This document shows positions 36,646 to 50,317 of a stretch of 64,000 bases of DNA, piece by piece. The number at the start of each line of letters is the position of its first letter. The stretch's first letter is position 1. Location of the stretch: assembly GCA_013239625.1 (NCBI GenBank), contig MU056050.1, positions 3,148,084 through 3,212,083 of the forward strand. The letters are read 5' to 3'. Origin of the DNA: Lama guanicoe. Its lineage: Eukaryota. Made by a program: the position numbers and the translations under genes. Under the pieces are notes generated by a model. The model made no database searches. It was not told the origin of the DNA and worked only from the letters and a program-made list of their open reading frames with translations.

Positions 36646-38269
36646 CTAAAGAGGAGAGAAGAGAAACACAAAACAGAGGCTGGCTCTCTCGCTTGGCAGT
36701 CAGGAAAACACAGCATGTCGGATTGATCAGGATTTCAGAATAATGTAGCCCGTGGGGTTGGGGGAGAGTTTGAAGTTCAATCCATCTGTAAAAATGTCAC
36801 TTAACTTACAAAAACACGTGCCGCATGCTTCCAAAACGTAAAACATTCACAGTCGAATTTACATGTAAATTCTTCAGGGCGATAGCAGCTACAAAGTAAA
36901 TGAAGCCGCCTCACACGATTTGTCATAGTTTCTGCTACTGAACAAATAAATCATCAACAAGACACTAAGTTACAGAACAGAAGTGAGCAGATTTCCATCA
37001 GTTGCAAAAGTCTCACTTCAGAAAATACCAGTGAAAGGTACAAATTTGTTGGAAGGAAAATCATTCGACACCTCAAATAAAAGTATAAGGCCACCTTCTG
37101 GCTTACCTCAGGAAAGGATGCTAGCCTGCCTACACAGGAGCAAATCCCACTTCAGAAAAACAGCTCACAAGTGTGTAACTCAACTGCGTGAGACTAATCT
37201 CTCTGCCAGCCCCCCAACTCAGAGTGCTAGTTATAAAAGCTAGGCTAGAAGGCGTTTGTTCAGGTTATTACACACATTTCCATGGCCATGCATAGCACAG
37301 TCCACACCCCTCACCCCCTTCCTGAAGCTCTGCCACGTTAGCAGCAGCTTAGGCAGCAGGGAAACAGTTTTCTCTGCCTGTTTGCTGAGGGGGCAGCGGC
37401 CCTCAGACTTCTCTTGTTGCTATTGTTTGGTATTTTTCCACTGTTTTCCTGGCAGGCACACGTATAGACAGTACGTCAGAATTTGGCCCATGAGAAATAC
37501 CCCAATTAAACCCTTTTGGAAAGAAATTGCTATTGTAGTTGATAGCCACCTCTCTTCCACAGGAGAAACATAATAGATGTCAAGTGATTTCTTGTAATAC
37601 CAGTATGTTCTGGGTAAACTTTGCAGACAGCACGGCTTTGTCCCACCTCCCAAATGACTGAGAGTTGAAGAGCAGAAAAATGCCAGAGGCTTTTGATGCC
37701 CAGCAAAGGGCTCAGCTGGTTTGTGCTGAGATTCACTCTGCGGTGGCTGATCACAGAAAAATAAAAATCACTTTTTTCAATCCTTCCACCTCAAACTTGA
37801 AGTTTGAAGACATTGGCATGATTTTCATATTTAAAAATGATACTAGTGCCCCAAGAGCATAACAGATTCTTGGCTGTGCTTTCTAGTACAGGTGGCTCTC
37901 CCTTTAAATAAACTTGCGATATGAAAAATGCAATTGGACAAAAGATAGGGAGAGGTGATCATTCATTTTATACAAAGAATTACTTTTGAAAGTAAGCTAC
38001 CCTTGTATATTTAAAAGGGACTAAAATGCTTCATGAATTTTCTAAATCACCCCCATTACTCCAGGCCCAACCCAAATCCCATATCCACTAAAAAAATCAT
38101 CACAAGTACTTAATAGCTCATTAATTTTTTTAAACCTCTGGGCTCATACTCATAACCATAACCAGAAGCATGCTTTCCATCCTTGGGACTCAAAGAAGCA
38201 CTGAATGCTGGAACCCAAAATACCTTGGGACCCTCTAATTTTGTAGATGAAAAAACTAATGTGCAGAGA

Positions 38270-38935
38270 ATTGCTTGCCCAGGGACACTTGGCAAGTGTG
38301 TGGTATGGGATTAGAACCCACATCTGCTGATTCTGGCCAATGCACTATTCACTGCACTGTAGATCTCTGTAATGCAAGTTCTCTCAACCTCCGTAAGATT
38401 TAGAGATACAGAATCCTCCACATTTTATGGATTGGTCACTTACGACACGCCACCTGCATTGCAGTTATTTGTTTATATGTCTACTCCCTCTTAGAGCTCA
38501 TCTCCTTCAATGGAGGAAGGAGGGCAGTGTGGTATCATGCTACGCAGCACAGCAGAGTGGAAAGGGCACAGGATTTGGGGGGTATGGCAAACCTGGGTTT
38601 GAGTTCTGCCTCTGTCATTTAGAAGCTCTACTTCCTCATTTGTAAAATGGAGCTAAGAATCCTTTTTCCTAACAATTAAGTTTCATTCTTGTAAAATGTG
38701 CTTAGACATAGTATGTCAGTGACTGTTTGGTGAATGCAGCAGGAGTGGAAAACTTTAAGACTGGAAAGGACTACAGGAATCATGTAGTTCAGCCCTCTCC
38801 CCCTCTCCATTTTACAGATTAGGAACCCAAGGCTCAGAGAGGTGAAGTGACCTGTTCAAAGTCATTCAACTTGCATGAAGTTGCCTGCCTATGTCTGATG
38901 ATTCCCAGCCCAGAACTCTTTCCATTCTACTGTTC
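38270..38935. mobile_element. Cluster of MIR/MIR3 SINEs
   Basis: 'aacctgggtttgagttctgcctctgtcattta...ttcctcatttgtaaaatggag' and 'ccattttacagattaggaacccaaggctcagagaggtgaagtgacctg'. Confidence 0.7.
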
Positions 38936-39783
38936 TAGAAAATAAATGCTCTTTTCTCTGACTTCAACACTTACTATTTTTATCATAAATTTGGCCCCTA
39001 AGCTTGAAATATTACAGCATTCCCTTGCTATTCCATGTTTTTGGCTTAGCTCCCCAAATAGACAGCATGTTCCTTAGAGCAAATCATCTTCTACCTTTCT
39101 TGTAAGCCATGTGGTATTGGGCACAGTGCTGGATGCAGAGTAAAGTTTTTATTGATAGAAAAGTGTTTCACTGGTCAGTGGGATCTAGAAACCCACCCTC
39201 AACGTTCCCTTGGCTCTTTCTTTCTGATGTAGCCACTGGGCATCTACTTGACAGTTCACAGAGCAGTAGGTTTTCACCTTGGGAGTCTCAGTGAACTCTC
39301 TCCCAGAGCCATGGGGAAGGACAACGAGACCCTGAAGAGGGTGTTTACATTCATGCCCTCCGAGACGAGAAAAGAACTGCAGTGACACCCTCTACAGATC
39401 TGCCATCTAAATCCATGAGCTTAATGATGCAAGGAAAGGAAGCAAAAGGTGGGAGTCCAGAGTTAGAAGAAGAAAAGGAATCAATTTGAGGACTTGTGTT
39501 CAGAATGCCTCCCAAGCGACACATGTGACATCTACTAGCTTAATCAGTAGGTGCCTCTGTCAGTGAAAGAAAGTTTCTATTCCATACAATTGTTCAAAAG
39601 AAAGGATCACTCATTATCATCTGGATTGCTGCTTGCTGGATTTCCTCAAAATCTTTGCAACTCTTTTCTTATTATGCAAAATGATAAAAATCCTACTTCT
39701 TTGAAAAGTACAATGATGCTATTATTATAACACATTGGATCATTTCTGCTGCAGGTAGAACTGCTCTGTATAGTCACTTTGAC

Positions 39784-39816
39784 TATATATATATATATGC
39801 ATATATATATATATAT
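39784..39816. repeat. (TA)n microsatellite with central GC
   Basis: tatatatatatatatgcatatatatatatatat. Confidence 0.9.
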
Positions 39817-40582
39817 GTAGGTTACATAGATTGAAAACAAATATTTTGATTATATATACATAGGTTTTGACATATCTATTTAATTGTATATTTTTGCTTC
39901 TACCTTTTAAATATGCAGAGGTTTCCCTACTTTTTAATACTGTCTTCAAAACATTTCACAATATTGGATTGTTGCACTGAGTGGAATGTATCCAGACCTT
40001 AAGCCCTTATGAAATGCAAATCATCTCAGCTTCATTCTGGTTTTTTTTCACCTCAGGAAAATGATGGGGAATGTACTTGTTCCCTCCCAAATGAAGCAAT
40101 TTAATCCTTGGGCTCTGTGAAATAGGATTTCCCAACATTGAACACTAATGAAAAATACATTAGGGTTCAGTGTCAGGAGCTCTAGAACACCAGTTCCAAG
40201 GAGTTAAAAGTCACATGCACTCACATCCAAAAGTATCTGGCAAGTATACGTCTCTGTGCCTGAGACAGACGCAAGGGAGAAGGGGGAGTAGTGATTATGC
40301 AAATTTGGGTAACCAGACATACTTACAAAGCTTTCTGAAAGTAAATTAAGTTTTCGGATGGGAAGGTCTAATTCACATAATATACTTGGATAGGAGCCAG
40401 TTTCAGGTTTAAGGTCCTAAAATAACTTGGAAAGAAAATCTTGTGGGGGTGGAAATTCCTCCAAACTCTATATCCAAGGCATTTTAGGTGTGGCAGAGTT
40501 GCTAACAGAAGTATAAGCCTTCAGAAACAATGTTGCCCTTGAGGCCAAAAGGAAAGTGGGAGAGGAAGGCTGTCATGCATAG

Positions 40583-40711
40583 TTTTTTTTCCTTCCTTCC
40601 TTCCTTCCTTCTTCTTTCTTTCTCTCTCTTTCTTTTTTCTCTTTTGTCTTTTCTCTCTCTTTCTTTTCTTTCTTTCTTTCTTTCTCTCTCTTTCCCTTCC
40701 TTCCTTTCTTC

Positions 40712-40787
<76 letters not shown>

Positions 40788-40878
40788 TTTCTTTCTTTTC
40801 CTTCCTTCCTTCCTTCCTTCCTTCCTTCCTTCCTTCCTTCCTTCCTTCTTTTCTTTCTTTTCTTTCTTTCCCCCTTTC
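40583..40878. repeat. About 295-bp polypyrimidine/polypurine compound microsatellite (TTTC)n/(TTCC)n
   Basis: Nearly pure C/T on the plus strand; (TTTC)n at about 40713-40785 and (TTCC)12 at 40798-40845. Confidence 0.97.
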
Positions 40879-41894
40879 ATTTCATTAACACATACAGTCA
40901 ATTCAGCTATAAGGTGATGTTTGCATATTGAAAATTCACTGCACTAGGCAAAATCATGCATGGGTAAAATGGGGTTGAGGCACAGTACCTGAAGTTTGCT
41001 TGTGAAAGTGGATGTCAGAAGTGTTGCAACTTGTGAGTTATTGTGAAGTGGTGGAAGGAGAGTTGTCTGAAACAGACAGAAAGTCCTAACACCATATGTG
41101 GATGGGCAAGGCTCCTAACACACGTGGGTGACAAAGGTAGCTGGTGGATGTTTCAGGTGTAAGCATGCGGATTTTGTGTACTCCTTCATGGCTTATTCTG
41201 CTGTCTGCAGTTTTCTGCACTCATCTAGTATTTTTAGGAGATGGAATCGCACACATGCACATGCGAAATTTCTCTTATGTTCAAATTGTTCTCAATATAC
41301 CAATAGCATGGGAACAAATTAATCTTTTCAAAATAAGCGTTGTAGCAGAACTGATTGTACAAACAAAATCATTTTCTGTAGGTGAAAAAAAATAAATTGC
41401 TATTAATGTGGTCATGCCAAATAGATCATTTTTCTGGAACAATCTGACCAAAGTAGACACATGCCTAGTTTTTCCAAAATCCATATACTTATTAATTAAT
41501 TGATCACTCTTTTCTTTACTGACACTATGACAATACCCCCGAAAATTAGTTTTTTCCCAAAGTTACTGTGCAGTATATGTTGCCAAAAGGGGCACATATA
41601 TTCCTATAGCTCGAGGACAAGATCTGTGTTTCATTACCCTATTGGCCGAAGTGGGGATAGCTCCACAAATGCTTTGGCTGCAATTCTGGAATTGAAAAAA
41701 ATTCCTAACAACTGAGATTTTTTTCCTAATTTATTCAGTGGGAAAACCTAACCTGACCTAATATGAGGATATTTATGGTCCTTATGTATTTCATTTAGTG
41801 AATTTTCCTACCTTTAGTTGCAGAAATACTGACGTAGTTTATTAAGAGGTGTTGGCCCACATCCCAATCTGGGTGTTGCACAGTAGACAGTATT

Positions 41895-41983
41895 TATGAC
41901 ATTACCTTTATAAAATCTGAGAAATTCTAAATTCTGAAACAAGTGGACCCCATGATTCTGGATAAAGGATTATGAGCCTGTAT
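41895..41983. mobile_element. TcMar-Tigger-type (MER46-like) terminal fragment
   Basis: 'aaaatctgagaaattctaaattctgaaaca...ctggataaaggattatgagcctgta' ends in ...CTG followed by TA. Confidence 0.5.
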
Positions 41984-44900
41984 TAGTGTTTCACCACCTC
42001 TCTGAACTCTTATGTGGCAAAATTAATTAATGCTTCTGAAGACCATGGTAATCTACATGAGCAAAGAACATCAGGGCGCCAAGGGTTATTGCCATAACTA
42101 CTTATGTCAAGTCTCTCGAGGCCAATTATAAGCCTTTGGTTCCTTGGGTTGCTTTTCTGAGCTGTTCTCCCTCATAGGCAGGAGAGGGGATAAAAAGAAA
42201 CAGGTTTAAAAGAAAGAAGAGAGGTGTATGAGTAATATTAACTATTACTACTAATTCTAAACGTACATTACTACATTATAGTTCTTTACTTGTCACAAGG
42301 AGCTTTCCACAGCCAGTGAAGAGGTAGTTTATACATTTGCATGTTACGGCTAATATCCATTAACTTGACAGTGTTCAGTGATCATCAAATTCGTCTTAAG
42401 TGTATCTGGCTGTGGATATTTCTGTTCTCAACCTTATAGGTATTATTAGAAGTTCAAAGAATATGAAGGTAAAAAATTGGTTTTCCGAAGAACACTGAGT
42501 AAACAAGTATACGTCAGCACTCTTCTGGCTCAAATGATACTGCTTAATATTAATATACTAACAGGCTTTAATAAAAGCAGATTCATTAGTTAAATAAACC
42601 ATTAGATTGAGAACAGAAATAAAGTCTTTTAAATAGCTAATGTTTACTAGGCATTCCTGTGTATGTATGGGCATGTGAATGAGCAAGACATAGACAACAA
42701 CAGAAAGAGGCGGAAGGAGACAGAAACAGAGAAGAATCTGCAGTGAAAGCAGACGACTGCAGGAGAAAAGTCCTGGAAGCCCTGGGGGAAGGCTAACAAT
42801 AAATTATAATGTCTTCCAGTTTACATGGTTTCAATCTGGATTACTGCCCTCTGCATGGCTCCTGAGCGATGCGATGCTATGTACTGTCTTTGAGATTTTA
42901 AAGTCCATCCCTTTGAGGACTTTGGTCCTCTCACTAAGCTAGCAAATAAGAGAGTATGCTCTTTAATTTTTGTCAGTTAGGTTGATCTTTGTTACAACCA
43001 CTAGAAATAAAGGTCAACACTGTAGTATCTATAATCCTTTGACATGTTTGTGCTGAAATTCATATTTGCACTTTAGCCTCTCCATAAGCTGATGAGTCTC
43101 TTCAAAGGACGTGCTGGTCTACCTCCAGAAAGTCTAAACCTTCTATTTTCTAGGTCTCTTTAATCTCTTTTCCTGTTCTCCAACGTGTTCTACAAGCATA
43201 ACAAAGAGTTAAATATGCACAAGGCAGTCTCCCACACAACACATTTCTCCCTGTCTTTGTTACAGCGGGAATCCAACTGTGCTGTGCACTGTATTGGCTT
43301 TACATAGTGCAATTAGCCAATCTCAGGCATAATAGTCAATATTCCTGCCACTAAGTAGCTGGTTTGTTAACTCAATCAACTCTCTGACATAGATTAAGAC
43401 AAATAAACTAGGACTTTACAACCAAGAAAAAAAAGAAAGGGCTGTGGCTAAATGCTGTTTTGCTTTAATTACAGAAGTAAATGCTCAAACTATCTAATTT
43501 TCTTGGTTGTGAAAATACAAGAAGGATACATCTTTGCTTGTATTTTCAGAGTAGTTTGGCAATGTTTAAAAAAAAAATGAAGCCAATACGTTTGTTACCT
43601 ATTTATTTTTCTAAGTAGAGTGGTAAAGAGCTGTACTTCATGGCACAATTTGGAATTTTAAATGTCAAATTCTAAATATTAATACATGACATTAACAATT
43701 AAAATTAGTGGTTGGTCAAGGTCTTTTTCACTATAGTCTTGAAGGAAACTCTGTTATCCATTATGTACCATGAAACATGAAATAGATAATTGCCCTGTTT
43801 TATCTTATGCTGACAATGATGCTGTGGCTTTCATTATTAGGCAGTGAAGTATATCAAAAAGAAAATATAAAAACGTAATGATCCTTAAAAGTTCATATTT
43901 AGTTTATACTCAAACAAAAGTCGTATGTAGGTATTTCAATTATTTACGATCCCCAAGTTCATTATTTATTTGCAAGTAGGCAATGGAGAGCTATGAATTA
44001 ATTGACAGTGAATCATTTAATAAATTAGCTTAATAACAGGTATTCTGGAATTTTACAAAGTTTTCATTTTCGGAGCTTCATTTTTTATTAGCTATTATAA
44101 AATGGTCACCCTATATTTGTTCAAAAAGCAATGGATGAAAATCATTCTAAGGTTATTTATGAAGATAGAATTCTGAATTTTTGAAGCACAAATCAAGAAA
44201 ACATTATGATTGTGTCTGAAGCTCTCAGAAAAAATATTTTTCAAACTAACCGTATGTTAAATAATGAGGGCAAACTATATTGAGTAAAAAAAAACAAAAA
44301 GCAAAAGGCAAAAAAAAAAAAAAATCCCAGAGGGTGAAAAGAAAGCATGAAGAACCAGGGAAGGCCGAGGAAAATTTTAGCCCTTCCACTCCAAACTTTT
44401 CTTTCCAAAAAAAAGACTGAAGAAAAAGTACTAATTATTAATACTACCATCTAACCAACATTGTCTGGCTATTTGACAGGAAAGTTCCGCCATACCTTGT
44501 AGGTCCTCCACCAGCACAACTTAGGAACAAAAGGGACCCATGGATACCCAGTGGAGTGGTGGAGAGGAGTTCCAACATCTATACTTGGAGATTGAAAACA
44601 TACGCAATCCTCATCAGGGACAATGGGAAGAGATAGCGCTGTTACAGAAGTATGCACAAGACCCAGATGATTATCAAATTTCACCCATGTTTTGGTCCAC
44701 TGCTTTAGCTAAGCAGTTCTCAGCTCTAGGATTTAAACAAACCAATGTTTTGTGATCGCTTGTTACTACAATAGAGGACTAAAGTTCACAATTTATTTTT
44801 AAAATGGTAGGTGAGAGTGGATTCAAGGTTATTTATACCTCTAATTGTGCCACTCTGAGGTACATTTGGATGTGCTTTCCTGGATGGGAGAGATAGGGGT

Positions 44901-47529
44901 GGGGCTATAGTAAGTGCTAGGAATAGGGTACAACTCTGATCCCATAAACCATTTCCATATCCACATGCTTGTAAAATTCTATGCATACCATAGGGATGAT
45001 GGAAGTTTGGTTATTTCTCCCCCTGAGAAACAAAATGGGGAGGGAGCTTGGGAAAAAAAATCTTGGCATTCTCACGGGAGTGTTTTACACATGTCCATGT
45101 TATTCAAATACGTTGGGCCAAAAAAATTGAGAACTGTGATTTTGATGGACAATGGCAGAACACTTCTAGCTTCCATCAACCTTTTTGCCTCATATCTTTT
45201 GGGTTACTGAGGCAATCTCCTAAGAGGTATGAGCCGGGAAATGACAGCTCTGTAGCAAGGAGAGAGTGAGTTTTATTTCCCCTCTTGCATTCAAGCGATG
45301 CATCTTCTGGTCTTATATCAAGATCCAGGTCTGAATCATCTTTATAGCCCCCACACACTTAGCTCATAATTTTATTCATTACAACTCTATAATTTTGTTT
45401 ATTTGAAAATTTAATTAATTTCAATGAATTCAAAATTTTAAAGTTTGAATTCAATTAGGTTTATTTAAAAAAACAATTATAGCAACTATGGTGGGAGAGA
45501 GTGTTTTATGATGACAAATACTTTATTTGATTGAATTCTTCATATTCCTACTAGTTGTTTTGGCACTGTGTGGGCACAGCCTGTATCTGCAGTTTCCTGC
45601 CTAAAGTGTTCTGAAATGTTCGTTGATTAATTCCCTCATTACTACAAATTTTCATTTTCTTGTTTTTCAACATGTTATTTTAGTGAGACGTTAAATAGAG
45701 TTATTTTTTGGAGAGGTGCCGACATTAAGACCTATTACTAAGCCTTCCTTATAAACTTTGCTTATGCTAAGCTATGCATATTTACCTCATTTTATTTTTC
45801 CTTCAAAATCTGATTCATTCCCTCAATTACATTACTGCTTATCTCCCTGGACTCCCTCCAATTTAACTAGGTCTTTATGGTTCCCCAAACACAATGCAAC
45901 ATTCTGGATGAACATCACCCAGAATACAAAGTTATCTGACAAATTCTTTTGTATTGATGTCTTTCCACATGAAGCCTCAAATTACGTATAGATTGCACTT
46001 GAGACTTTATTAACTGGAAGATGGCTAATGAAGTCATGAGAAGGCAGTTCAATTAGGAAATATGCTGATATATTGATATAGATATGTCTGCTAGTGGATC
46101 AAGTGAAACGTCCATCAAAATAAGCAAATTAGTGGAATCTACTAATACAATGTTAGAGCAGAATGAACACCTGGTGAATTCAGACAGGTTCCTCCCCACC
46201 CCCACCCGCTGAGATTTAATGCACAGATGCCTTAGGGAAACTAAAAAATTAGCTCAGCTAAAGGGGAAGAGTGTCAGCCACATGAACGGAAGGAAAAATA
46301 AGAACATGTGTTCAGAAAACTATGACTATCTGAGCCTGCAGTCATAAATATAAATGGCAATCCCAGAAATTTAGAAAATATTTCATAGGTAGTGATTGAT
46401 AAGTGTTTCTTTTAAGAAAGTATCTTAAGCAACTTAATTTAAGAATTAGTTAAGGTCATTTAAATAACTTTTTTCAAATGGGGAAACATTTTATGTATGA
46501 TAGACGAGATGCTGAGAGAGACAGAGGATTAAACACACATTGCTTATGTGAAGCAGTTCTCAAAGAGACCGCTTGTACTGCTAGAAATCAGTGAATGAGT
46601 GCACAGAAGTTCCTTCCTGTGTATTAATACAGGCATCTGTACCAGAACAAACCGAAGTGTGATCTGGGGTCACGGCGAGGTGTGACAACTTGGACTCGAT
46701 TCCAGTTTGCTTTTACTTTGGTTTACTCCCTTACTGCAAATAAGAACTGTAAAAGATATAAATAAAATTACAATGCAGGAATGTGTACACGGCTCCGTTT
46801 GCCTCCGTTGTACTTCATGGAAGTACAGCTTTCATTCGGTGGTCTTGGTGGCCTGCAGAGCCAGATGCCCAACAGAGGAGAGAACGCAGTATTGCTGGAT
46901 TGTTGTCTTTTGTACTACCAGCTTCATTAGCATTTGGAAACAGCTTACAGAAAGCATAATCGTGCTACTCAGGAAGTCATATCATGCAGGGTTAATGTCC
47001 AGCCAGCTCCCTGATCTTACTGTGGCAGCACAAGGGAAATGTCCCCTTATCTCTGCACAATAAGGTCCTAGTGTTTCCCATTTAGTCCCAGTTGGGGGAT
47101 TTCCATGGGCAATCCCATGGAAATCTGGCCACAGTATACCACAGGGCCTTCTAGTAGTAATCATAAAAAGTCAGTTGCAGGTCAAGGTCTAGAGAGAGAT
47201 AAAAGGTCAAGTGTGATCCACTACTGAAATACACTTTTCCTGAAGGTAGGGCTTATATCCTACTAATATGTTATTACTGCTTAGAACATTCAAAAGAAAT
47301 GAAAGAGAAGCGAAATCAGAGAAAGAATTAAACCTAATTAATTATGGAACACCTTTTATTCAGAAGGAGAAGACCAAAGGGGAGAGTGTCTTGGTTTCAT
47401 TTGTTTGTTTTCAATAAAGTGAAGCAAGTACACAGTACTTTCTCTATCACTAATCTACTTATTCAGAGAACTCAATCTGTACATAACTTGTTTAAATTAG
47501 TAAGTACATCCTGACATTGCCAAATGACA

Positions 47530-47765
47530 CCCTGGTTAAGTTATCGACATCAGGACCAGATCAATCTGGGTTTAAATCACAGCTCTGCCGTTTACCATCA
47601 GTTTGATGTTGAGCAATCAAACTTTTTCAAGCCTCTGTTTCCTTATCTGTAAAATAGGGATAATAGTAAACATCTCTTAATGTTTTTGTGAAAATTAAAT
47701 GAGGTCATGTGTATAAAATATTTAGTAGAATACCTGGCTCATAGTAACCACTAAGTAATATTAAT
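47530..47765. mobile_element. MIR SINE
   Basis: 'ctgggtttaaatcacagctctgccgtttac...gcctctgtttccttatctgtaaaatagggataatagta...aaattaaatgag'. Confidence 0.8.
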
Positions 47766-50317
47766 AAATAAATGATCATTGAACACAACAAAATCTACAA
47801 AATTCAGGTACCAGCTAATAATAAGTAACCTAAGAGAAAATCTATCTGATTCCAAGATATTTGATTATTTAAAACTTCCCCCTTATACTTAAAAAACATT
47901 TTGCAATTTTCACAGATTTCTTATTTTCTTCCCAATAGTTCTAAGCTATTATTGAAATCATGAGTCAGTGTAAGAACAGTTGACTCCTATCCTTTTCTCT
48001 TCCTCGAATCCACACAAAACGCTCTCCATTGATTAGTTTTCTTATTATGCTCTCAGTCCCTTTTACTTTGGATAACAGACTCTATTTCTAGATGATTTGG
48101 GGGTATAGATGCTTTCTAAAGTACCTATCGCAATAACACCTAGGGAATTTAACATTAGAGGAAAAGATGTGAAGAAAAACCATTTTCATGAATACAACAT
48201 TAGTGCTTTGTATTTAGGCAGCACCTTTCATCTGCATCTCTCAAAGCCCTTCACGACTATTATCTGATGCTTTATTCACAGGACCAGGCTGCAAACAAAG
48301 CTACCTTTCAAAGAAGTCCCTCAAAGTACATAAAACCCCATGAGGGAAGGAGCTGTACATAGCTGGTTAAAGTGTCAGGAATATTCAGAGACATTTAAAA
48401 ATAGTATATACCAAAATGCCACCGAACAAACTACAACTGCTACTTAGGGGTCCCACAGGTATAGCTTTCACAGTAAATACAAGAACAGGAATTTTGCCAT
48501 ATTGGTACCAAGAACAACATTCATATTATAAGCTAATGATATTTGATCAATTCTGTAACCTAATTTGGGGTAGATGACTTGCCTTATAGTGTATCCAAAT
48601 ATATTTATTAAAGCATTGCATATTAATGATAGTCTATAGTATATGTAAAAAGCATAGGCATCAGACCAGGATTGTATGCCAAACACTTAGCACAGTGCCT
48701 AGTAGATGATCAAACTCAGTTAACGTTAGATACCAATATAATTATTACTTTAGTTGTTATCATTATGAATTCAGATTAGAAAAACAATTTCAAAGAATTC
48801 AGTGAAAGCTGACATGTATTCACATTCATTGCTGCTGCTGCTGCTCCTAGTTGTTTTCCTATTGCCTGTTAAGATCTGTACCTGTGAAGTAAGAAGGAAA
48901 GAAAAACACACCCCTTTTCTCTCCAGGAAGAGCAGCTCAAGACGGGCAGAGGCATGACCACTTGCCCGTTAAGACCTCTTCCGGCCTTCAGACTGGAATC
49001 ATTTACACAGGGTCTTGTCATGGAGACTACGGCTGTGGATGTGTCATTAAAACATACGGCTAATTTCTTTTGTCAGGGGAGGGGAGACTGTATCAAGTTA
49101 GGGACTTTTTATAATACAAATGAAATAACTGACTTAAAGAGTTTTGAAAACAAACATTAGTCTACATATACTCACTGGGGAGATACCATCAGCTTCATTT
49201 ACTACTTCTTCTTAGGGTTATTATTTTTGGCCTTCTATACTCTATTATTGTATCTTCTTGCTCACATAACTAGTATGTTGTGAAATTTCACTATCTAAAA
49301 AAAATGTTGCTAATGTGGGATTTTGAAAGTCTTCTGAGGAAATGAATAATTTCTACTTCTTTGAAGAAAATGTATTGTTTTTAAGTCATATATTGTGCCT
49401 ACTTTAGAAATGGAGAATATGAGGCTTGGAGAAGTAAAGAACCTAGTCCAAGGTCTTGATACAACAGCATTGAACTGACTCCATTTGCTGGCACTCAGCC
49501 ATCCCTCCCGGGATTCCAAGCAAATCACATCAACGATGTTTCTATCACATTTGCCATTCATATTTACTGAAACCAATGAAGATAAAAAATGTGATTGAAT
49601 TAGCCATGTAACAACTTATAATGAAATCTATGTAATGGGTTACTTTATTTGTAAACTCAATTTAGTATGCACGTGTACATATCATTAAATGCTTCCTTTT
49701 AATTCTCTGTAACAAATACCCTCATTTTAGTCGTATCTACATGATTTATGTGATCCTTATTAACAGTCTTTAACTTAGTTGGTAGATCACTTTATCCCCA
49801 GTTGATCCTGAAAATATCAGATACAACTGGCACTCATGATGACCATCTCTCTACTTATGGAGAGTACAAAATTAGTTTCAAATGCATGCTGTTTAAATAA
49901 AATGGATTTCCTTAAACTATGAATCAATTGTAGGGATTTCTCTTTATTAAATATATGTTAGAGCCTCAACTATGGATAATCATGAGGATGGCTTAGGTTA
50001 CAGTAGTTCAAGTAGCAACTCTAGAAATAGTACCACTACATGTCAGTAAAACAGCTCGAACGGTTGGCTATATTATACAAATCCATGGTGTAATGCTTCA
50101 TGGATATACCAAAATCTAAAGTTTAAAAATGCTAGGGATATTAGAGCTGGCTTTTTTTTAAAAAAGGAATTAAATGTTATTTTATATTTTATGGATTTTT
50201 GTAACTTGTTATGCATCAATTACTATATTCCTTATAATACAACCATTCTAATGTAATTTGTATAAGACTTCCATTTGAAAGACCTGAAAATGTAAAACAA
50301 AAACAAAAACAAAAAAA

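Noticed and set aside
36444..36716. Alternative-frame ORF with poly-Ala overlapping the TENM1 exon
   Set aside because: It is a shifted reading of the (CCG)7-containing exon; the teneurin frame is fixed by splice phases and homology.
40521..40931. 126-aa K/E/R-rich and 133-aa F/L/S-rich ORFs
   Set aside because: They are translations of the (TTTC)n/(TTCC)n microsatellite, not genes.
44440..44760. More GC-balanced stretch with short ORFs, possible processed pseudogene
   Set aside because: No recognisable protein similarity, poly(A) tail or TSD.
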